Origin: Octopus sinensis
Taxonomy: Eukaryota
Length of the DNA stretch: 6,096 nt
Direction: 5' to 3'
NCBI RefSeq assembly: GCF_006345805.1
Contig: NW_021829461.1
Location: 1-6,096 of the forward strand
How positions within the stretch are numbered: position 1 is the first letter of the stretch; each line of letters opens with the position of its first letter. The notes below the pieces were generated by a model. It was given only the letters and a program-made list of their open reading frames with translations. It made no database searches and was not told the origin of the DNA. Position numbers and translations under genes: made by a program. This document shows positions 1-6,096 of this stretch, piece by piece.

Positions 1-400
1 ATTCTGTCATCGCACGAAACTAGTTAGCATTTGTGTGTGTATGCTTGTGTTTGAGTATATTCGTCTGTGTTCGTGAACGTGATATATGTTAGCATGTATT
101 AAGAGGTTAAAGACTTGCGTGTGTTGACAAAATGATGTATTAAACTTAGTATTATTGTTTATGGGCAAATATCAAAGTGTTGAATTGTGGTATGACTGTA
201 TTTTGTTGGTGCCGTTAACCAAATAACATGACTACGATGTCAAGGTCTCACTATGAGATGTTTTCAAGAACTTTTGCTGATTTTGTAGGTTTCTGGGCTT
301 GACTTAGTCATATATAAATTACTCCTGCACACAGAGCACTTCAGGAGTGTAGCGTAATGTCACATGAATGTGAGCCGTCGGCATGATATCGATTACAAGT

Positions 401-738
401 GCTGCTGTACGGTTGAATGATTAAGAATTTCGCTTCACAACCCTGAGGTCACAGGTTCGGCCCCATTGCGTGACATTTTAGACTAGTGTCATTTTTCTAT
501 AGCCACGTGTGGATCCATCCCTTGTGAATGAAATTTGGTTTATGGAAACTGCATAGAAGCCATCAGGTGGACTGTTTATGTAATTTAAAAGTGCAGCCTT
601 GCCATACATTATGCCACGCTGATTCTTACAATAAGGGCATACGTCTCTTCAGAATACTCAACCCTATCTAAGTCAATTCAATAAACAGGTAATTCAGGTG
701 GTCGAACAAGGGAACACATATCAATGAGACCGAAGGAA
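401..738 (+). mobile_element. Old, diverged tRNA-derived SINE (copy A); same head as copies B/C but a different 3' tail
   Basis: 401-564 aligns colinearly with the reverse complement of 4826-4990: ggttcggccccattgcgtgaca vs ggttcagtcccactgcgtggca; ctatagc; ccttgtgaatgaaatttgg vs ccttgtgagtggatttgg; ggaaactg..agaagcc. B-box-like GGTTCGGCCCC at 454-464. The 3' extent (580-738) rests on my recollection of an octopus SINE tail, so the right boundary is approximate. Confidence 0.75.
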
Positions 739-990
739 ATTCATCTTTATTTCTTCTATTTGTTTTTGCTGTCAATATATCTGTCACCGACAGATATGTT
801 AGAGAAACTTGACAGAAATAGCAGTTTTTCCTTAAACCACAGGTCATCGTCAGAACAAAGGACACATTGAATAGTGTAGTTGAGGTAGACTATATCTGAA
901 AAAAAAAGAACAAAAAAAATAATGGTATTATTGCGGTTTTGAACAACTATGACCTAAGCTTCTTCGCCTGATCATAGATTACTGAAGCCA

Positions 991-1104
991 AACAACATTA
1001 ACAACTACTACTACGACCATTACCACCACCATCACCACTACCACAACAACAACCATCATCACCTCTACTACAACTACTGCTGCTGCAACTACTACTACTA
1101 CACA

Positions 1105-1188
<84 letters not shown>
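991..1188. repeat. Compound trinucleotide microsatellite: ACN mosaic, then (ACT)n, then (AAT)n
   Basis: Directly visible: mixed ACA/ACC/ACT/GCT units, pure (TAC)n at ~1105-1143 and (AAT)n at ~1145-1188. Confidence 0.97.
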
Positions 1189-1226
1189 TTTGCCACAAGA
1201 GCAGCCATTTTGGGAGAGGGGATGAG
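1189..1226 (-). mobile_element. Possible 3'-terminal remnant of a second SINE family that ends in an (ATT)n tail
   Basis: The reverse complement ctcatcccctctcccaaaatggctgctcttgtggcaaaa runs directly into (ATT)n. It resembles a recalled octopus SINE end (..cccctcccccaaaattgctggccttgtgccaaaa..). The match is short and recall-based. Confidence 0.35.
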
Positions 1227-1614
1227 CATATCCCTTAGTGGTTGACAATATGTGCATCTCTGATCACGAGCAGAAGTAGTGGGGGAGCATCATAGCCATG
1301 TGTTGAAAGAAATTCTTTGGTGTTTGGATAATTCACCTTTGGAAATATGAGTGTTATGTTCATCATCCTTAAACAACCCTTATTCAGGGACTTTTTATGC
1401 GGGATGTGCTACTCAACCTGAAGAAAATTCTAACTGGGCCCCACCTGCAAGGTCATGCAGTATTTATCTTCATATGAGATCACCATGTCGTGCACATATG
1501 CTTGTGATGCATATGCCTAGTGTACCCTTATCAGACGGGTAGTCATGATGGGCATACTGGGCTTCGTATATTTTACCCCAGTGTCACTTTGATGGCATGC
1601 ACTGCTCTCTCACT
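1224..1614. mobile_element. Unclassified interspersed repeat fragment abutting a (CAA)/(AAT)n tract; possibly a non-LTR retroelement terminus
   Basis: A high-complexity block, more GC-rich than its flanks, lying between two (AAT)n arrays and ending sharply at ..ctctctcactc|aacaacaac. I recall it as a common octopus repeat. No recognisable protein motif; family and orientation are not established. Confidence 0.5.
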
Positions 1615-1646
1615 CAACAACAACAACAACAACAATAATGATGATG

Positions 1647-1743
<97 letters not shown>

Positions 1744-1750
1744 TGATGAT
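1615..1750. repeat. (CAA)n-(GAT)n-(AAT)n-(GAT)n compound microsatellite
   Basis: Directly visible; a pure (AAT)n run of ~90 bp at ~1648-1741. Confidence 0.97.
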
Positions 1751-1857
1751 GCAACCATCACTATTAATACTATTATTACTGAGACATGAGAGCCAATAAA
1801 AGAGCCTCTACGTAACTGTTTGACATGCTTGAAATAATAACTAAATATCTTATCCTA

Positions 1858-2052
1858 TTTAGTCGCAGATCTCTACGTTCTGAACTCCAGATCGTACCGA
1901 GGTAAACTACAACTTCGAACCTTTACAGACTGGAGTTGCTTGGTAAAAAAAAAAAAGATATGGGAGTGCTCACTGAGTATGGTGCTGAGCTAATCAGCGT
2001 CACTCATCAATCAAAATCTGAGGCCACGTACTTGTATAATAGATCGATGTTA
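1858..2052 (+). mobile_element. Highly diverged SINE remnant (second family)
   Basis: ctctacgttctgaactccagatcgtaccgaggtaaactacaacttcgaaccttt resembles a recalled octopus SINE segment (ctttacgttctgagttcaaattccgccgaggtcgactttgcctttcatccttt), with weaker colinear similarity downstream. Boundaries are approximate and recall-based. Confidence 0.45.
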
Positions 2053-2152
2053 CAGAATAGACAAAGTACAGGGACTGAAAGAGTATTTGAGATATTCTGA
2101 CACATGACACCTGACACATGTGTGGACTTCTGTTATAACACAGTTTAGCCAA

Positions 2153-2187
2153 TATGTGTGTGCACTTGTGTATGTGTGTGTATGTGG

Positions 2188-2219
<32 letters not shown>

Positions 2220-2264
2220 GTGTGTGTGTGCGTGTGTGTGTGTGCGTGTGTATGTGTGTGTGTG
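2153..2264. repeat. (GT)n microsatellite, imperfect
   Basis: Directly visible. Confidence 0.96.
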
Positions 2265-2359
2265 AAGAAATCCCATTAAAAATCTTGTTACATATCTCTC
2301 GTCCGCGAAAGTAATTAAAGCGTATCATGTTATAGGTACATGATCCGCACTTCTGTTTC

Positions 2360-2445
2360 TGTGTATGTACGTCCGTGTGTGTGTGTGTGTGTGTGTGAGT
2401 GTGTGAGTATGTGTTGTGGTGTGTGTGTGCGTGAGTACGTGTGTA
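2360..2445. repeat. Degenerate (GT)n microsatellite
   Basis: Pure GT at 2374-2397 with degenerate flanks. Confidence 0.9.
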
Positions 2446-2574
2446 GTGGTGCGCTGAGAGATTTTTGCGTGTGTGTATATATCAAAATGACTGGTGTGAT
2501 TATGTGTCCGTGTATATGTGTGCCTAACTCTCTATAGGCGAGCGTGTGTATCCAAGTGTGCAGTGAGAATCAGT

Positions 2575-2632
2575 ATATGTATGAAATATCACACACATAC
2601 ACATATATACACAGTATATGTGTATATATATA

Positions 2633-2665
<33 letters not shown>
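2575..2665. repeat. (CA)/(TA)n microsatellite
   Basis: Directly visible. Confidence 0.92.
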
Positions 2666-2816
2666 CGCAAAAAAACCAAAGGTGCAGAAAGAAGACAGGC
2701 ATGATTTGCAAAGGTTAGTAGGGCTGGTGCAAGACACGCGATTATCAGTAATCAGATCAGATTAACCGATTATGTTAATTCTCGCAATCTGCTGCATTCT
2801 AAGAAAAATCGTTATG

Positions 2817-2835
2817 CATATAATATATATATATG

Positions 2836-2910
<75 letters not shown>

Positions 2911-2991
2911 ATGTAATATATATATATATATGCATATATGGTACATAGACACACACAAACACACATACATACACACACACACACACATATA

Positions 2992-3044
<53 letters not shown>

Positions 3045-3121
3045 TATATATATATTATATATATATATATATAATATGCATACATACAAACACACACATA
3101 TTTATATATTTATTATACGCA

Positions 3122-3151
<30 letters not shown>
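2817..3151. repeat. Compound (TA)n/(TATATG)n/(CA)n/(GT)n microsatellite block
   Basis: Directly visible alternating purine-pyrimidine tracts. Confidence 0.96.
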
Positions 3152-3152
<1 letters not shown>

Positions 3153-3347
3153 AGCACACTATAATTTTGACCATATATGGTAAGAATGAAATGGATAAAT
3201 AACAGTGTTTAGTGTCAGTCACAAATGAAGGTCACAATGAAAAAAGATTTAAAATATATAGGACATTTCTCTGAAGGTGAGAGTTAACAAGAATAGAGTT
3301 CATTCATTCATGTATCGTTTAACATTCACATTGAGAATAATGATATG

Positions 3348-3811
3348 CACACATACAAACATGCATACATACATACATACATACATACATACATACATAC
3401 ATACATACATACATACTACATACATACATACATGCATACATAAATACATATATACATACATACATCCGTGCATGCAGACACAGACACAGACACACAGACA
3501 CACACACATATATGTATGCATGCATGCATGTATGAATATGCATACATACATACATACATAATACATACATACATACATGCATACATACATATATACATAT
3601 ATACATGCGTGCATGCAGACACAGACACCGACACACATACACACACACATATATGTATGCATGCATGCATGTATGAATGTACATACATACATACATACAT
3701 CATACATACATACATACATACTACATATATACTACATAATACATACATACATACACATACACCATACATACATACATATAATATATATAATATATATATA
3801 TATAATATATA

Positions 3812-3843
<32 letters not shown>

Positions 3844-3946
3844 CATACATACATTACATATATATATATATATATATATATATTAATATATATATATAAT
3901 ATATATATATAATATAATATATATATATATATATGTATATATATAT
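3348..3946. repeat. (TACA)n-based compound microsatellite grading into (TA)n
   Basis: Directly visible; pure (CATA)n at ~3364-3415 and (TA)n from ~3776. Confidence 0.96.
3420..3701. repeat. Two-copy ~141-bp tandem duplication within the microsatellite
   Basis: catgcagacacagacac starts at 3471 and 3612; tatgtatgcatgcatgcatgtatgaat starts at 3511 and 3652. Both offsets are 141. Confidence 0.9.
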
Positions 3947-3984
3947 GGACTAAGAGGAGAAGGAATACATATGAGGACGGAAAA

Positions 3985-4029
3985 TGTCGCTGAAGAGGTC
4001 ACAGATATGTGACTAAAGATTTCCGGACA
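3985..4029 (+). ncRNA. Degenerate minimal type I hammerhead ribozyme-like motif (Penelope-like element type), probably inactive
   Basis: Stem I tgtcg (3985-3989) pairs with cg(g)aca (4024-4029). Core CTGAAGA at 3990-3996. Stem II ggtcaca-gata-tgtgact at 3997-4014. Then AA, the self-complementary AGATTT (4017-4022) and C4023 as the NUH site. The catalytic G12 of GAAA is missing. Confidence 0.4.
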
Positions 4030-4128
4030 ATGGACATGAGTTAAAATAAGAACAGTAATAAACGAGTGAAGAACGAGTATATAGTGCGTGTGTTTATCTG
4101 GCAAAGAACAGAACATCATCCTGAAATA

Positions 4129-4253
4129 CAACCACATGGTTCCGGGTTCAGTCCCACTGTGTGGCACCTTGGGCAATTGTCTTCTACTATTGCATCGGGC
4201 CGACCAAAGCCTTTGAGTGGATTTGGTAGAGAGAAACTGAAAGAAGCTCGTCG

Positions 4254-4286
<33 letters not shown>

Positions 4287-4530
4287 TTGTGTGTGTGTGT
4301 ATTTGTGTGTGTGTGTGTGTGCTAACCCCCCCACCCCACCACCACCATTGCTTGACAACCGATGTTGGTGTATTTACCTCCCCCGTAACTTAGCGTTTCG
4401 GCAAAAGAGACCAAAAGAATAAGTACTAGGCTTACAAAGAATAAGTCCTGGGTCGATTTGTTCGACTAAAGGCAGTATTCCAGCATGGCTGCAGTCAAAT
4501 GACTGAAACAAGTAAAAGAGTAAAAGAATA
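4129..4530 (+). mobile_element. tRNA-derived SINE (copy B), 5'-truncated, with an internal (TA)(GT)n microsatellite and intact 3' tail
   Basis: B-box-like GGTTCAGTCCC at 4145-4155. accttgggcaa (4166-4176) resembles the start of the CORE domain. About 88% identity (hand count, ~15 differences in ~129 nt) to the reverse complement of copy C over the head. Ends in tandem taaaagag-taaaagaa. Lacks the ~38-nt A-box segment present in copy C. Confidence 0.9.
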
Positions 4531-4538
4531 TATATATA

Positions 4539-4594
<56 letters not shown>

Positions 4595-4670
4595 GTCTGT
4601 GTGTGTAAGCCCGTCATATATATTGATGTGTGTGTGTTTGTATATATATATATAATATTATATATAATAA
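4529..4670. repeat. (TA)n-(GT)n-(TA)n spacer between the inverted SINEs
   Basis: Directly visible; contains the SINE-derived snippet aagcccgtcatatat at 4607-4621. Confidence 0.92.
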
Positions 4671-4673
4671 CTA

Positions 4674-4990
4674 TTTTTTTTTTTTACTTGTTTCCAGTAC
4701 TTATCTATCGGTCTTCTTTTGTCTCGCCGACCGTTAAGTGACTGGGACGTAAACACACCAGCATCGGTGTCAAGCAATGCTAGGGGGACAACACCAGACA
4801 CACATTCATATATATATACATATATACGACAGGCTTCTTTCAGTTTCCGTCTACCAAATCCACTCACAAGGCATTGGTCGGCACGGCGCTATAGCAGAAG
4901 ACACTTGCCAAAGATGCCACGCAGTGGGACTGAACCCGGAACCATGTGGTTGGTTAGCAAGCTACTTACCACAACAGCCACTCCTGCGCC
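4674..4990 (-). mobile_element. tRNA-derived SINE (copy C) with a full 5' head, an internal 3' deletion and an A12 tail
   Basis: The minus strand reads ggcgcaggagTGGCTGTTGTGG (A-box-like, 4969-4980) ... GGTTCAGTCCC (B-box-like, 4926-4936). It is colinear with copy B. Poly(A) appears as the T run at 4674-4685. Confidence 0.92.
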
Positions 4991-5060
4991 TATATATATA
5001 TATATGCGCCTGTATATATCTATATATATATATATAATATATATATATATGTATATATAG

Positions 5061-5128
<68 letters not shown>

Positions 5129-5163
5129 TTATATATATATTATATATATGTATGCATATATAT
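4991..5163. repeat. (TA)n microsatellite
   Basis: Directly visible, ~170 bp with a long pure TA run at ~5064-5121. Confidence 0.97.
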
Positions 5164-5169
5164 GTAATC

Positions 5170-5289
5170 AGTAAATACTCTGCTTAAGAAATATATCCTG
5201 GAGCTGATTTTTTTTACTAAGAACCCTTCCAAACGGTGCTTCAAGATGGCTGCAGCCAAATGACTGTAACAAAAAAATGAATAAAAGAA
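5170..5289 (+). mobile_element. Diverged 3' tail fragment of the same SINE family (D)
   Basis: cggtgcttcaagatggctgcagccaaatgactgtaacaa..ataaaagaa matches the copy B tail cagtattccagcatggctgcagtcaaatgactgaaacaagtaaaaga (4473-4519). Confidence 0.78.
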
Positions 5290-5320
5290 CATACATCTAT
5301 ACAGATAGAGATATACAATG

Positions 5321-5473
5321 CATTTGCCAAGTTTCTCTCACAAGGCATTGATTAAGGCGAAGTTCATAGTTGGTGACAATTGCCCAAAGTGGAGCGAATT
5401 ATAATAGGACACACAATAACCACGTGACACGCAGTTGTGAAACCAAACTTTAGTCATCCACATGGCTGCTCCT
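5321..5473 (-). mobile_element. Highly diverged head fragment of the same SINE family (E)
   Basis: ccaagtttctctcacaaggcattg..atag..gacaattgcccaaagtg matches copy C plus-strand ccaaatccactcacaaggcattg..atag..gacacttgccaaagatg. Ends ..ctcct like 4981-4985. Confidence 0.68.
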
Positions 5474-5633
5474 ATATGATTAAAAAAAACTGTCTTTTTT
5501 TTTTCTATTGCTTAGTCAGCAGAGGAAGAGAATTGCCCTCTGCAGAGCTTCCAAGACTGATAAAAGAAAGAGGTGGGGCGGATGTGACATAGATTGGTGC
5601 AGGAAGAAACCTTTGAACGAGGGTTTACACTAA

Positions 5634-6062
5634 TCTCTCTCTATATAAACGGTAGTTTGTCTGTCTGTGTGTTTGTGTGTCTGTCAGGTTGTACCCTCAC
5701 CCTGACCACGGCTTTCAACCGATTCTGATGAAACTTGACACACACATAGCCCAATGTCATAATTCAAAACTAACGCAGCGAAAATTTTGAAAAGTTCCCC
5801 CAGTTCTGAAAAATATCGATAAATTCGACATGGGGTCGAGAATCTAAGCTTTTTATATGCAACACATTTTCTGTCTAGGGAACACAACTCGACAGCTAGG
5901 GACAGCTAGGAACATCGTATACACAGAAGTATTCGAGTGAAGAGAAGACATTGCAACCTACACATGCGCCTTCGTTCCCTAGAGGGAAAGGACTAGATTG
6001 GGATTAGTCGTTGCCTACTAGGGGCTCTTACATACCCGAGCAACGCCGGGCTATGCTGCTAG
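5634..6062 (+). mobile_element. Non-autonomous Helitron (rolling-circle transposon), 429 bp, both termini intact
   Basis: 5' terminus A|TCTCTCTCTATATAAAC (A5633, TC at 5634). 5' (TCTG/TG)n tract followed by aaccgattctgatgaaacttg, typical of small animal Helitrons. Subterminal GC hairpin CCCG-A-GC-AAC-GC-CGGG (6035-6050), 8-nt spacer, then terminal CTAG (6059-6062)|T. Inserted in an AT dinucleotide with no TSD. Confidence 0.88.
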
Positions 6063-6096
6063 TGTGTACTAAAGCGGGATCGATTTCATTTGCCTA

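Noticed and set aside
1790-1854. Possible fragment of another octopus repeat (gccaataaaagagcctctac..gaaata)
   Set aside because: Only a vague recollection, with no second copy in the window to support it.
2098-2123. Short tandem tgacaca-tgacacc-tgacaca
   Set aside because: Three 7-mers next to a GT tract; consistent with ordinary slippage.
2666-2816. Unique island with a short open frame (AKKPKVQKEDRHDLQR..)
   Set aside because: No start or acceptor context outside the microsatellite and no recognisable homology.
3175-3285. Splice-donor-like motifs ATG|GTAAGA (3179/3180) and AAG|GTGAGA (3276/3277)
   Set aside because: No matching acceptor with a polypyrimidine tract and no recognisable coding frame; a small exon cannot be excluded without RNA-seq.
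3420-3720. CRISPR-like repeat-spacer array
   Set aside because: Two near-identical low-complexity units without unique spacers, in a eukaryotic context with no cas genes.
979-3912. Numerous ORFs (poly-V/I/Y/S/N/L, CV, HT, YI and MYVC repeats)
   Set aside because: They are translations of microsatellites that lack stop codons in some frames; there are no domains or codon-level evidence.
4920-4990. tRNA-like A/B boxes as a real tRNA gene
   Set aside because: No convincing cloverleaf, and the sequence continues into the SINE body; it is a tRNA-derived head.
4066-5060. ORFs with mutually similar peptides (e.g. SGTEPGTMWL, SFSFRLPNPL, VGLNPEPCG)
   Set aside because: The similarity arises from the two inverted SINE copies, not from paralogous proteins.
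5492-5580. Polypyrimidine tract plus AG (5514-5515) as a candidate exon, and a 7-bp hairpin gcagagg/cctctgc
   Set aside because: Weak donor (gtgggg), no recognisable peptide, and such short motifs are expected by chance.
5725-5785. CTGATGA as a hammerhead core
   Set aside because: No stem II closed by GAAA at the right spacing; the motif is part of the Helitron 5' conserved block.

Overview
AT-rich, non-coding eukaryotic DNA (intronic or intergenic) with no credible protein-coding gene; the supplied ORFs are almost all translations of microsatellites or interspersed repeats. The window is a mosaic of long di-, tri- and tetranucleotide microsatellites and repeats. These include several copies and fragments of a tRNA-derived SINE family whose homology can be seen between copies within the window, a structurally complete 429-bp non-autonomous Helitron (5634-6062), an unclassified ~390-bp repeat between (AAT)n tracts, and a 141-bp tandem duplication built from microsatellites. 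From memory, the SINE families match octopus (coleoid cephalopod) repeats; this taxonomic call has not been checked by search. The most notable signals are a degenerate minimal type I hammerhead ribozyme motif of the Penelope-like kind (3985-4029), a closely spaced inverted SINE pair that could form a long dsRNA (4129-4990), and the Helitron's internal CTAG cluster and inverted repeat. I found no convincing evidence of a new multi-gene system.
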